Of a stretch of DNA of 64,000 bases, positions 52,918 to 61,363 are shown in pieces. The notes beneath the pieces were generated by a model that was given only the letters and a program-made list of their open reading frames with translations, was not told the DNA's origin and made no database searches. The stretch's first letter is position 1. Each line of letters begins with the position of its first letter. A program made the position numbers and the translations under genes. Origin of the DNA: an uncultured Solirubrobacterales bacterium (GTDB lineage: Bacteria > Actinomycetota > Thermoleophilia > Solirubrobacterales > 70-9); contig CAVPCU010000008.1 of assembly GCA_963702575.1 (NCBI GenBank), positions 16,451 to 80,450 on the forward strand. Reading direction: 5' to 3'.

Positions 52918-53967
52918 CTAGCCGTCCAGCATCGGATCGGCGGCTGCGGTCTCCTCCCCGACCGCGGCGATCGCGGCTTCCAGCCCGGCCATCTGGGCGC
53001 GTTCGGCGCGGAGGCGCTCGAAGGCGGCGACGTCGTCGATCGCGTCCTCGACCCCGCGAGTCGGCCGCCACCCGGTCTTCTGCTCGAGCGCCGAGGTGTC
53101 GGGACAGCGCCGCCCCAGCTCCTCGAAGCCCTCGCCGTAGGCCTCGTCGTAGGGGACGGTGCGGATGCCCGAGGTCGATCCGGTGCGCTCGATCACCTTG
53201 TGCGCCAGCTCGAGGATCGTGATCTCGACCGAGCGACCGACGTTGTAGGCGGTGCCGCGGGCGCCCTCCTCGTCCATCAGCATGACCAGGGCGCGGGTGG
53301 TGTCGTAGACGTGGCCGAAGCAGCGCGACTGGCTGCCGTCGCCGTAGACGGTCAGGTCCTCGCCGGCCAGCGCCTGGCCGACGAAGCGCGGCAGCACCAT
53401 CCCGTAGGCGCCCGTCTGCCGCGGCCCGACCGTGTTGAAGAGGCGGGCGACGACGGTGTCGCCCTGGCGCTCGCGGTGGTAGCCGAGCGAGATCGCCTCG
53501 CCGACCGCCTTGGCGGTCGAGTAGGACCAGCGGGCGATCGAGGGCGGGCCGAGCACCCGGTCGGAGTGCTCGCTGAGGGCCCCGCTGCTGTTCTTGCCGT
53601 AGATCTCCGAGGTCGAGGCGAAGAGCAGCCGGCGGCCGAGCCGGTGGGCGCCCTCGGTGACGACCTGGGCGCCGCGCACGCTGCGGCTGAGCGACTCGAC
53701 CGCGCGGTCGACGATCAGCTTGACGCCGACCGCCGAGGCGAGGTGGAAGCAGGCGTCGGCCTGCAGCATGCACTCGTCGACCAGGCCGATGTCGCAGACC
53801 GAGCCCTCGACCAGCTCCGCCCTGCCGGTGGCGACCGCGTCGACGATGTTCTCGGCGTTGCCGGTGCTGAGGTCGTCGAGGATCAGGACGCTGTCCCCCC
53901 GCGCGACCAACGCGTCAGCCAAATGCGAGCCGATGAAGCCCGCCCCACCCGTGATCAGGTAGCGCAC
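52918..53967 (-). CDS. NAD-dependent sugar-nucleotide epimerase/dehydratase (UXS/GalE-like SDR)
   Basis: MRYLITGGAGFIGSHLADAL; STSEIYG; YSTAK (YxxxK). GTG start with AGGAGGG 7 nt upstream. Confidence 0.85.
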   Translation of the reverse strand: MRYLITGGAGFIGSHLADALVARGDSVLILDDLSTGNAENIVDAVATGRAELVEGSVCDIGLVDECMLQADACFHLASAVGVKLIVDRAVESLSRSVRGAQVVTEGAHRLGRRLLFASTSEIYGKNSSGALSEHSDRVLGPPSIARWSYSTAKAVGEAISLGYHRERQGDTVVARLFNTVGPRQTGAYGMVLPRFVGQALAGEDLTVYGDGSQSRCFGHVYDTTRALVMLMDEEGARGTAYNVGRSVEITILELAHKVIERTGSTSGIRTVPYDEAYGEGFEELGRRCPDTSALEQKTGWRPTRGVEDAIDDVAAFERLRAERAQMAGLEAAIAAVGEETAAADPMLDG

Positions 53968-54164
53968 TTGGATCCCTCCTGTCCCCGTCGGGCCTTCCCA
54001 AGGCCCTTATTTGGGCCTTCCCACGACCCTTATCCCGTTCGATCGGCTCATCGGAGTGAAATAAACACGCCGGTTCGCCGATCCATGAGATTAATGACAC
54101 ATGGGAGTGTCGAAATCAAGTCCGGGGGCGCCTTTTCCCTGAAAAACGAGTAGGGCGTTCCTCT

Positions 54165-55679
54165 TCAGTGCCGCTTTCGCGCGCCTCCTGCGAGCTTCAG
54201 CCGCACGGTCGAGGACGCGACGCCGGTGCCGACCGCCTTTGCCCTCAACGTGCCCCCGGCCTCGAGCGCCCTCTTCGCCGCGGGCGAAAGCGCGATTCGC
54301 AGCGTCGTCGAAGCACCCGCGGCAAGGCTGAAGGCCGCGCCGCCGATCGTCTTGCTGCCGCGCCCGATCCGGGCGCTCAGCTCGAGCGTCCCGACGCACG
54401 GGCCGCCTGCGCAGGCCAGCCTGAGCGACAACCTGCCGCCGCTGACCGTCGCGCTCCCGGCCGCACTCGCGATGCCCGGCGCAATCCGGGCGACGCTACC
54501 GCCACTGCCGCTCGACCCGCCGCCGCTGGATCCACCGCCGCCACCGCCACCGCCGCTGCTCGCCTTGACGTCGAATACCGCCCCGACGGTCCTGGCTTCG
54601 CTCATCGTGACTTTGCAGGTGCCCGAGCCGGTGCAGGCACCGGTCCATTCTTTGAATTCGGAGCCGGCGGAAGCTTCGTGGGTGAGGGTCACGACGGCGC
54701 CTTCTTCGTATTCGTGTTCGCAGCCGGCGCCGGTGCCGCAGTCGATCGTGTTCGGTTCGGCGGGGCTGCCGCCTTTGACGGTGCCCACGCCGGCGCCCGA
54801 CTTGGAGACGGTGAGCTTGAACTTCGATTTTGCGGTCGGGCTGAACGTCGCCGTCAACGAGCTGTTGGCTTCGATCGTGAACAAACAGGGCGCGGTTGCG
54901 CAGCTCGCGGCCGAGCCGGTTCCGGCGCTGAAGCCGGCGAAGCTCGAGCCGGGTTCGGGTTCGGCGATCAGGGCGAGTTCAGTGCCCTTGGGGTAGCTGT
55001 GCTTGCAAGTTTCGAGCCCTTCCTGGGCTTCGCATCGCACGGTGCCGGTGCCGGCCCCGTTCTTGGTCACCGTGAGCGCCGGTTCGAGGTCGAAGGTCGC
55101 GGTGACGCTGTAGCCTTCTTCCATCGTCAGCGCGCATTCGGCTTCGCTGCTGGGGCCGCATTCGCCGCCCCATTCGACGAATTCCGAGCCCGGTTTGGGT
55201 TTGGCGAGCAGGGTCAGTTCGCTCCCGGCCGGGTAGGCCGCCTTGCATTCTTCGGGACCTGCTTCGGCTTCGCATTCGACCGTGCCGGTGCCGCTACCGT
55301 TCTTGGTCACCGAGAGCGGGTACAGAATCAGGTCAAAGGTCGCCGTAACCGATTTGGCCGTGCTCATCTTCATTTCGCAGACCGGTTCGGTCGTGCAGGC
55401 GCCACCCGCTCCCGTCCATTTGACGAATTCGGAGCCTTCTCCTTCTTCCGCGTAGAGGATCAGTTCGGTGCCCGCCGGATAGGCGGACTTGCATTCTTCG
55501 GGGCCTTCTTCGGCTTCGCATTCCACCGTGCCGGCGCCGGTGCCCTTGATGGTGACCGTCAGCGAGAGCGGCGCCGCAGGGGCGACCGCGGGCAGCGCCA
55601 AGGCCAGGGCGACCAGCCCGGCGAGAAGACCGGGGGCGATGAATCTCGCGTGCAAGATCCCCCGCCCCCGGCCGCTCAC
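54165..55679 (-). CDS. secreted protein: 5 InlB-B-like Cys-containing domains + Gly/Ser linker + family C-terminal module (504 aa)
   Basis: Signal ..LLAGLVALALALPAVAPAAP. Domains GTGTVECEAEEGPEECKSAYPAGTEL..GSEFVKWTGAGGAC. GGGGGGGGSSGGGSSGSGGS linker. C-terminus ..STVRLKLAGGARKRH. 7-nt gap to the upstream gene. Confidence 0.85.
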   Translation of the reverse strand: MSGRGRGILHARFIAPGLLAGLVALALALPAVAPAAPLSLTVTIKGTGAGTVECEAEEGPEECKSAYPAGTELILYAEEGEGSEFVKWTGAGGACTTEPVCEMKMSTAKSVTATFDLILYPLSVTKNGSGTGTVECEAEAGPEECKAAYPAGSELTLLAKPKPGSEFVEWGGECGPSSEAECALTMEEGYSVTATFDLEPALTVTKNGAGTGTVRCEAQEGLETCKHSYPKGTELALIAEPEPGSSFAGFSAGTGSAASCATAPCLFTIEANSSLTATFSPTAKSKFKLTVSKSGAGVGTVKGGSPAEPNTIDCGTGAGCEHEYEEGAVVTLTHEASAGSEFKEWTGACTGSGTCKVTMSEARTVGAVFDVKASSGGGGGGGGSSGGGSSGSGGSVARIAPGIASAAGSATVSGGRLSLRLACAGGPCVGTLELSARIGRGSKTIGGAAFSLAAGASTTLRIALSPAAKRALEAGGTLRAKAVGTGVASSTVRLKLAGGARKRH

Positions 55680-55686
55680 TCGGTCC

Positions 55687-57987
55687 TTACTTCTTCTTGG
55701 CCTGCTTGAGCTTGACCGTGGCCGCGGTAATGCCGGTGCCGCTCAGCTTCGCCTTGACGGTCTTGCCCTTCGCCAGTTCCTGCTTGGCGGGGCCCGAGAG
55801 CTTCACGCTGAGCGTGCTCGAGGCTCCGGCCGCGAGGCTGAAGGAGGCCTTGCCGATCGTCAGGGTCTTCGTCTTCTTGCCCTGCTTGATCTTTGCCGTC
55901 AGGGTGAACGAGCCGCTGCACGCGCCGCCCGTGCAGGTGACCTTGATCGCGGCCTTGCCGCTGGTGACGGTCGCCGTCCCAGCCGCCAATGCCGTGCCCG
56001 CCGCCGGGGGCGGCGGAGGCGGAGGCGGAGGCGTGGTGCCGTGCTTTTCTTCGGTCTTGTGTTCTTCGGTCGACTTGGTGTTGAACACCGCGCCGACGGC
56101 TTTGGCCGAGCTCATCGTGACTTTGCAGGTCCCAGAGCCGGTGCATGCACCGGTCCATTCCTTGAATTCGGAGCTGCTGTCGGCCGACTGGGTCAGTTCG
56201 ACCTGTTTGCCTTCTTCGAATTCAAACGAGCAGGTGCTGCCACAGCTGATGCCGGTGTTCGGCGCCACGCTGGTGACCGTGCCCGAGCCGCTGCCCGACT
56301 TGCTCACGGTCAATTTGAATTTGGGTTTGGCGCTCAGGTCGAATTTTGCCCCGACCGATTTGGCCGCGCTCATCGTCACTTCGCAGGTGCCCGAGCCGGT
56401 GCAGGCGCCGGTCCATTCTTTGAATTCCGAGCCGGCCGCTGCTTCGTGGGTCAGCGTCACGACCGCGCCGGAGAGATATTCGTGTTCGCAACCCGAGCCG
56501 GAGCCGCAGTTGATCGTGTTCGGTTCGGCCGGGCTGCCGCCTTTGACGGTACCCGTGCCCGTGCCCGACTTGGAGACGGTGAGCTTGAATTTGGCGGCCG
56601 GTTCGAGGTCGAATTTCGCCCCGACCGATTTGGCCGCGCTCATCGTCACTTCGCAGGTGCCCGAGCCGGTGCAGGCGCCGGTCCATTCTTTGAATTCGGA
56701 GCCGACTGCGGCTTCGTGGGTGAGCGTCACGACCGCGCCGGAGAGATATTCGTGTTCGCAACCCGAGCCGGAGCCGCAGTTGATCGTGTTCGGTTCGGCC
56801 GGGCTGCCGCCTTTGACGGTACCCGTGCCCGTGCCCGACTTGGAGACGGTGAGCTTGAATTTGGCGGCCGGTTCGAGGTCGAATTTCGCCCCGACCGATT
56901 TGGCCGCGCTCATCGTCACTTCGCAGGTGCCCGAGCCGGTGCAGGCGCCGGTCCATTCTTTGAATTCCGAGCCGGCCGCTGCTTCGTGGGTCAGCGTCAC
57001 GACCGCACCGGAGAGGTAATTGTGTTCGCAGCCCGAGCCGGAGCCGCAGTTGATCGTGTTCGGTTCGGCCGGGCTGCCGCCTTTGACGGTACCCGTGCCC
57101 GTGCCCGACTTGGTGACGGTGAGCTTGAATTTGGGTTCGCCGCCTTCGAGTTCGAAGAGGACTTCGACCGTCTTTTCTTCGCTCATTTCGACCTGGCATT
57201 CGTTTTCGGTAACGCCCGAGACGGTGTCGCAGCCGCTCCATTCGACGAATTCGGAGCCCGTTTCCGGCGTCGCGATCAGGTTTACTTCGGTGCCGGCCGG
57301 GTATTCCGGCGCACAGGGTTCCGGCCCCGTTTCAAGTTCGCATTCGACCGTGCCGGTTCCGCTGCCTGGTTCTTCGATGTTGAGAGCGAATTCTTCGGGT
57401 TCGGGTTCGAAGACGACTTCGACCGTCTTTTCTTCGGTCATTTCGACTTCGCATTCGTTGCCGGTGATCGTGTCGCATTCGCCGGCCCATTCGACGAATT
57501 CGGAGCCCGTTTCAGCCGTTGCGATCAGGGTCACTTCGGTGCCTTCGGGATATGCGGCTTCGCAGAGCCCGGTCGTCGCTTCGACTTCGCATTCGACTTC
57601 GCCTTCGCCGGTGCCGGGTTCCACGACGTTGAGGGCGAATTCTTCGGCGGGTTCGAGGTCGAAGACCACGTTGACGGTGTGGGCTTCGTCCATCGTCAGT
57701 TCGCATTCGAGGGGGCCGCAGTCGCCGAAGAATTCGACGAATTCGGAGCCCGTTTCGGCCACCGGCAGCACGGTGACTTCTTTGCCCACTTCGTATTCGG
57801 GAGCGCAGGCTTCAGGGCCGCCGCCTTCGACTTCGCATTCGACTTCGCCCGTGCCGGTACCGAAGAATTCGACCGTGAGGGGAACTTCCGCGGCCGAGGC
57901 GACTGCCGGCAGGGCAAGGGTCAGCGCGATCACCGCCGCGATAAAGCCGGAAATGGCAAGGCGGGGACGCAGGCGGGCAGCGGTCAT
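55687..57987 (-). CDS. secreted protein: ~8 InlB-B-like domains (three near-identical 90-aa copies) + poly-Pro linker + family C-terminal module (766 aa)
   Basis: Signal ..FIAAVIALTLALPAVASAAEV. KFKLTVSKSGTGTGTVKGGSPAEPNTINCGSGSGCEH.Y..GSEFKEWTGACTGSGTCEVTM repeats three times. PPPPPPPPPP linker. C-terminus ..ATVKLKQAKKK. Confidence 0.9.
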   Translation of the reverse strand: MTAARLRPRLAISGFIAAVIALTLALPAVASAAEVPLTVEFFGTGTGEVECEVEGGGPEACAPEYEVGKEVTVLPVAETGSEFVEFFGDCGPLECELTMDEAHTVNVVFDLEPAEEFALNVVEPGTGEGEVECEVEATTGLCEAAYPEGTEVTLIATAETGSEFVEWAGECDTITGNECEVEMTEEKTVEVVFEPEPEEFALNIEEPGSGTGTVECELETGPEPCAPEYPAGTEVNLIATPETGSEFVEWSGCDTVSGVTENECQVEMSEEKTVEVLFELEGGEPKFKLTVTKSGTGTGTVKGGSPAEPNTINCGSGSGCEHNYLSGAVVTLTHEAAAGSEFKEWTGACTGSGTCEVTMSAAKSVGAKFDLEPAAKFKLTVSKSGTGTGTVKGGSPAEPNTINCGSGSGCEHEYLSGAVVTLTHEAAVGSEFKEWTGACTGSGTCEVTMSAAKSVGAKFDLEPAAKFKLTVSKSGTGTGTVKGGSPAEPNTINCGSGSGCEHEYLSGAVVTLTHEAAAGSEFKEWTGACTGSGTCEVTMSAAKSVGAKFDLSAKPKFKLTVSKSGSGSGTVTSVAPNTGISCGSTCSFEFEEGKQVELTQSADSSSEFKEWTGACTGSGTCKVTMSSAKAVGAVFNTKSTEEHKTEEKHGTTPPPPPPPPPAAGTALAAGTATVTSGKAAIKVTCTGGACSGSFTLTAKIKQGKKTKTLTIGKASFSLAAGASSTLSVKLSGPAKQELAKGKTVKAKLSGTGITAATVKLKQAKKK
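56341..57120 (-). repeat. three tandem 270-bp (90-aa) near-identical coding repeats
   Basis: gaattt[tc]gccccgaccgatttggccgcgctcatcgtcacttcgcagg recurs at 56341, 56611 and 56881. Confidence 0.85.
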
Positions 57988-58226
57988 CGGGCTCCTCCCT
58001 CAATAGACATACAGATCGGATCTCTCCCTTCGATAAACCCCAAAGTCTCTCCTGCATGAAACCGTAAACGAGCGGAAGAGTTGCGGCAGCGTCAAGACGA
58101 CAAAGTACCCAAAGAACGTCGTACACCTGTCCGCAAATCCCTGCCTGTGGCGCGCTTACGGCCCCCAACTCGCGAGAGGTGCCTGTGCTCTATAGAAAAT
58201 TATATGGAGATAAAGATCTATATGAC

Positions 58227-58232
58227 TATAAT
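58227..58232 (+). promoter_or_regulatory. TATAAT -10-like hexamer in a ~50-bp AT-rich patch, 11 nt upstream of the ATPase ATG (near-leaderless mRNA)
   Basis: ctctatagaaaattatatggagataaagatctatatgacTATAATtcgcaataaccATG. This is the only strongly AT-rich stretch in the area and is shared with the divergent 57987 gene. Confidence 0.35.
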
Positions 58233-58243
58233 TCGCAATAACC

Positions 58244-59437
58244 ATGGATGCCCTGCTCAACCCCTACACCCCCGGAGCCGGCCTGCCGCCGCGCGAGCTG
58301 GCGGGTCGCGCGGCTGAGCTGCGGCGCTTCGAGCTCCTGCTCGACCGGCTCGGCGCCGGCCGGGCCGAGCGCGGCCTCGTCCTGCAGGGCCTCCACGGCG
58401 CCGGCAAGACCGTGCTGATGCGGGAGCTCGCCGAGCGGGCGGCCGAGCGCGGCTGGGGCGTCGGCAGGCTCGAGGCGGCGAACGGCGCCGACCTGCGCGC
58501 GGCGCTCGGCGAGATCGCCGCCGGCGCGCTGCGCCAGATCAGCCCGCAGGCGCGGGAACGGGAGGGTCTGCTGCGCGCCGCGCGCTTCGTCGGCGCGTTC
58601 GCACAGAACGCGACCGCCGACGGCGGGGCCGGGCTCTCCCCCGACCTCGAGGCCGCCCTCGCCGGGCTCGGGGGCGGCGACCTCGAGCGCGACGCGATCG
58701 GGCTCTTCGCCGAGCTCGGTGCGGCCGCCGCCAGCAACGGGACCGGCATCGTCCTGCTGGTCGACGAGATGCACCTGCTGCGCCGGGAGGACCTCGGGGC
58801 GCTCTGCGCCGCCGCCCACCGCGCCGGCCAGGACGGCCTGCCGATCGGCCTCCTCGGCGCGGGGCTGCCGACCCTGCCGCGGCGCCTGGCCGACGCCACT
58901 CCCTACGCCGAGCGCCTGTTCGACTCCATCGCCCTCGGGCCGCTCGACGCCGACGCGGCGGCGCAGGCGGTCCGCCGGCCGGCCGAGACGGCGATCGCCG
59001 GCCGGCCGGTCCGCTACGAAGACGCCGCGGTCGAGCTGATCCTCGAGCGCTCCCAGCGCCACCCCTACTTCCTCCAGGCCTACGGTCTGGAGACCTGGAA
59101 CGCCGCTCCTGAAGGCGACCGCATCCGCGCCGGGGACGTCAAGCGGGCGGGCGCCCGCGTCGACGACGAGCTCGACCGGGGCTTCTTCGCTCCCCGGTTC
59201 GGGCTCGCCACCGAGGCCGGGCGCCGGTACATGGCCGCGATGGCGCACCTGGGCGAGGGCCCCTACGGCTCGGGCGAGGTGGCCGAGCGGGGCGGGTGGC
59301 GATCGGTGACCTCCGCCGCCCCGGTCCGCCAGTCCCTTATAGAGAGGGGCCTGATCCACAACCCCGCCCACGGCCGCGTCGAGTTCACCGCCCCCCGCTT
59401 CGCCGAGTTCATGCGGCGAACGCACCAACCCGACTGA
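58244..59437 (+). CDS. AAA/STAND-like P-loop ATPase (Arch_ATPase/ORC-Cdc6-like)
   Basis: Walker A LQGLHGAGKTVL; Walker B IVLLVDEMHLL. C-terminal winged-helix-like ..GLIHNPAHGRVEFTAPRFAEFM. Confidence 0.75.
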   Translation: MDALLNPYTPGAGLPPRELAGRAAELRRFELLLDRLGAGRAERGLVLQGLHGAGKTVLMRELAERAAERGWGVGRLEAANGADLRAALGEIAAGALRQISPQAREREGLLRAARFVGAFAQNATADGGAGLSPDLEAALAGLGGGDLERDAIGLFAELGAAAASNGTGIVLLVDEMHLLRREDLGALCAAAHRAGQDGLPIGLLGAGLPTLPRRLADATPYAERLFDSIALGPLDADAAAQAVRRPAETAIAGRPVRYEDAAVELILERSQRHPYFLQAYGLETWNAAPEGDRIRAGDVKRAGARVDDELDRGFFAPRFGLATEAGRRYMAAMAHLGEGPYGSGEVAERGGWRSVTSAAPVRQSLIERGLIHNPAHGRVEFTAPRFAEFMRRTHQPD

Positions 59438-59446
59438 GGGCCGAGC

Positions 59447-59875
59447 CTACGTGTCGACGCCCGGGATCGGGTCGATCGGCAGCTCGCCGTTGGCGCTTTC
59501 GAGCTTTTCGAGGTCGACGCGATCCACGGCGCGAGCGGCAACGGTCTCGTAGTCCAGCGGCGCCAGGCCACCGCGCATGATGTCGATTACGCCGTGACGG
59601 CTGTCCACGCGCAGGTGGTGCGCACCCGCCACGTCGTCGGCGTTCAGATCCTTGCCATCGCTGAATCGGGTCGCCCCGATCAGCTCGAAGAAGCGCAGGA
59701 TCGCCGCGTCGGTCTCGGCGCCGTCGGGAACCAGCAGATCCGAGTCCTTGGTGGCGCAAAAGTAACCGTGGGCGATGACGGCGAAGCCGCCGATCACAAC
59801 GTGTTCGAGCCCCGCCTCGTTCGCGTCGGCGACGACGCCGGCCAGGTCAGGCCCGCGGATCTCGCTGGGGACCAT
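59447..59875 (-). CDS. minimal nucleotidyltransferase-fold protein (142 aa), paralog 2
   Basis: LEHVVIGGFAVIAHGYFCATKDSDLLVPDG is the same GG..HG...T.D.D signature as 24707..25177. I chose the internal ATG at 59875. Confidence 0.6.
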   Translation of the reverse strand: MVPSEIRGPDLAGVVADANEAGLEHVVIGGFAVIAHGYFCATKDSDLLVPDGAETDAAILRFFELIGATRFSDGKDLNADDVAGAHHLRVDSRHGVIDIMRGGLAPLDYETVAARAVDRVDLEKLESANGELPIDPIPGVDT

Positions 59876-60065
59876 GGCCGGAGGCGCGGACTGCGTTGTA
59901 GAAGTTGAACGCGTGGTCGCAGAGCTTCTGGCCGAACTCCAAGCGTTGCGGAATCGAAAGCGAGGCGGCGAACTCGGCTTCCTGGCGCTCCTCTTCCTCG
60001 TTGATCCGCGCCCACTCGGCCTCGTTGCCGCGCGCCATGAGGGGCTTTTGCCGTGGGGTAGCCAT
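59847..60065 (-). CDS. small charged helical protein (72 aa), upstream partner of the nucleotidyltransferase-fold protein
   Basis: MATPRQKPLMARGNEAEWARINEEEERQEAEFAASLSIPQRLEFGQKLCDHAFNFYNAV... Overlaps the downstream gene by 29 nt. Its ATG lies inside the IS target duplication. Confidence 0.5.
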   Translation of the reverse strand: MATPRQKPLMARGNEAEWARINEEEERQEAEFAASLSIPQRLEFGQKLCDHAFNFYNAVRASGHGPQRDPRA

Positions 60066-60091
60066 TGAACCGCCCCGGCTTTCTTGGAGAC
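60066..60091. repeat. IS3-family terminal inverted repeat (end downstream of orfB)
   Basis: tgaaccgccccggctttcttggagac versus the reverse complement of 61338-61363, tgaaccgccccggcttcgatggagac. Confidence 0.8.
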
Positions 60092-60096
60092 GCTTT

Positions 60097-61032
60097 TCAT
60101 TGGGAACTCAACTCCGCCATGTAGTTCGCCTCGAACTCGACGGGCGGGATGTCACCGCAGGCTCCATGGAGCCTGCGGTGATTGAACCAGTCGACCCAGG
60201 TCAGGGTCGCCAGCTCGACGTCGGAGACCGTCTTCCACGGTCCCTTCGGCTCGATCATCTCGGTCTTGAAGAGACCGATCGTCGTCTCGGCCAGGGCGTT
60301 GTCGTAGGCGTCGCCGACCGAGCCGACCGAGGGGTCGACACCGGCCTCGATCAGGCGGCGGGTGAAGGCAAAACTGGTGTATTGACTGCCGGCGTCGGAG
60401 TGGTGAATGAGCCCGGCCCCGACCGGAGAGCCCTCGTGGTCGCGTGACCAGAGCGCCATCTCGATCGTGTCGAGGACGAGCTCGGTCTTCATCGATCGGG
60501 CAGCGCGCCAGCCGACGATCCGGCGGCTGAAGACGTCGATCACGAAGGCGACGTAGGCGGTCGCCTCCCAGGCCGCCACGTAGGTGAAGTCGGCAACCCA
60601 GAGCTGGTTGGGAGCGGTCGCGGTGAAGTCGCGATCGACGAGATCCGGGGCCCGCTCAGCCTCACCGCCTGGGAATGTCGTGCGGACCCTCTTGCCGCCC
60701 CTGATCGCTCCCCTGAGGCCGTCTGCGCGCATCAGGCGCTCGACCTGACAGCGCGGGGCGGCGATGCCCTCGCGACCCAGCGCCCGCCAGGTCTTCTCGG
60801 CGCCGTAGACCGAGAGGTTCTCCTCGTGGACCCTGCGGATCTCGGGTAGTAACTCGCGGTCGCGAAGGGCGCGAGCGCAGGGATTGCGCTCGCGCTCCTT
60901 GCGCGCGTAGTAGGTCGAGGGGGCGAACTGCAGGGCCCTGCAGATCGGCTCGACCCCGAATCGGTCGCGGTGGGCGTCGATGAAGAGGCTCATCTCCTCG
61001 GCATCGGCGGGTCGAGCTCCCGCGCGAAAAAA
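60097..61032 (-). CDS. IS3-family transposase OrfB (rve/DDE integrase core), expressed as an OrfAB fusion by -1 frameshift
   Basis: The -1 frame from the slippery site reads FFRAGARPADAEEMSLFIDAHRDRFGVEPICRAL... DDE residues: WVADFTYV, HHSDAGSQYTS, DNALAETTIGLFK. The track ORF's N-terminal extension to 61227 is spurious. Confidence 0.85.
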   Translation of the reverse strand, partial: FFRAGARPADAEEMSLFIDAHRDRFGVEPICRALQFAPSTYYARKERERNPCARALRDRELLPEIRRVHEENLSVYGAEKTWRALGREGIAAPRCQVERLMRADGLRGAIRGGKRVRTTFPGGEAERAPDLVDRDFTATAPNQLWVADFTYVAAWEATAYVAFVIDVFSRRIVGWRAARSMKTELVLDTIEMALWSRDHEGSPVGAGLIHHSDAGSQYTSFAFTRRLIEAGVDPSVGSVGDAYDNALAETTIGLFKTEMIEPKGPWKTVSDVELATLTWVDWFNHRRLHGACGDIPPVEFEANYMAELSSQ

Positions 61033-61313
61033 GCCGAGGCCGCCTTGAGGATCTCGTTGGCCCGGCGCAGCTCCTTGTTCTCGCGCTCGAGCTCCTTGAT
61101 CCTGACCAGCTCCTCGCTCGTTGGGCCCGGCTTCAGGCCGTGGTCGCGTTCGGCCTGGCGGACCCAATTGCGAAGCGTCTCGGCCGCCATCCCGAACTTG
61201 GGCGCGATCGACTGCATCGCCGCCCACTGCGAGCGATGCTCGCCCTGGTGCTCGAGCACCAGGGCGACCGCCCTCTCTCTGACCTCCGGCGGGTACCTCC
61301 GATTTCGTGACAT
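60990..61313 (-). CDS. IS3-family transposase OrfA (HTH + leucine zipper)
   Basis: MSRNRRYPPEVRERAVALVLEH...AETLRNWVRQAE...LVRIKELERENKELRRANEILKAASAFFA is the classic IS3 OrfA. Confidence 0.9.
   Translation of the reverse strand: MSRNRRYPPEVRERAVALVLEHQGEHRSQWAAMQSIAPKFGMAAETLRNWVRQAERDHGLKPGPTSEELVRIKELERENKELRRANEILKAASAFFARELDPPMPRR
61026..61032 (-). promoter_or_regulatory. candidate -1 programmed frameshift heptamer U UUU UUC (orfA zero frame gcU UUU UUC)
   Basis: A6 run at 61027-61032 on the plus strand. The X XXY YYZ register is correct in orfA. The orfB frame opens here and overlaps the orfA end. Confidence 0.55.
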
Positions 61314-61337
61314 GACCTCATCCTCTCAGGGGATTTG

Positions 61338-61363
61338 GTCTCCATCGAAGCCGGGGCGGTTCA
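61338..61363. repeat. IS3-family terminal inverted repeat (end upstream of orfA)
   Basis: See 60066..60091. Confidence 0.8.

Larger units (their letters stand above)
60066..61363 (-). mobile_element. IS3-family insertion sequence (1298 bp) with 26-bp imperfect terminal inverted repeats and 4-bp target-site duplication CCAT
   Basis: Ends are TGAACCGCCCCGGCTT... and ...AAGCCGGGGCGGTTCA (23/26 match, TG..CA termini). CCAT lies at 60062-60065 and 61364-61367. It has orfA + orfB with a DDE motif. Confidence 0.9.

Noticed and set aside
39992-53773. Long ORFs 39992..41599(+), 42249..44510(-), 43277..44323(+), 44377..45471(+), 44507..45916(-), 50204..51283(-), 50482..52890(+, beyond ~50715), 51557..53773(-)
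   Set aside because: The reasoning is the same as above. Only the first ~230 nt of 50482..52890 are real coding sequence (AsnB segment MADPSIPRE..ELEEELRRA). The remainder is out of frame relative to AsnB or antisense to WecA.
53985-54030. GGGCCTT-ccc-AAGGCCC hairpin followed by TTATTT, plus a GGGCCTTCCCA direct repeat, as an intrinsic terminator
   Set aside because: On the plus strand no gene ends upstream of it. On the minus strand it lacks a U-tract and lies ~135-160 nt downstream of the 54165 stop, just before the epimerase RBS. The function is undetermined, so it is not listed as a feature.
58226-59428. 400-aa minus-strand ORF antisense to the AAA/STAND-like ATPase, and the ORFs 59409..59759 and 59594..59908 around the NTase gene
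   Set aside because: Their composition is shadow-frame, and they conflict with genes that carry Walker A/B or GG..D.D motifs.
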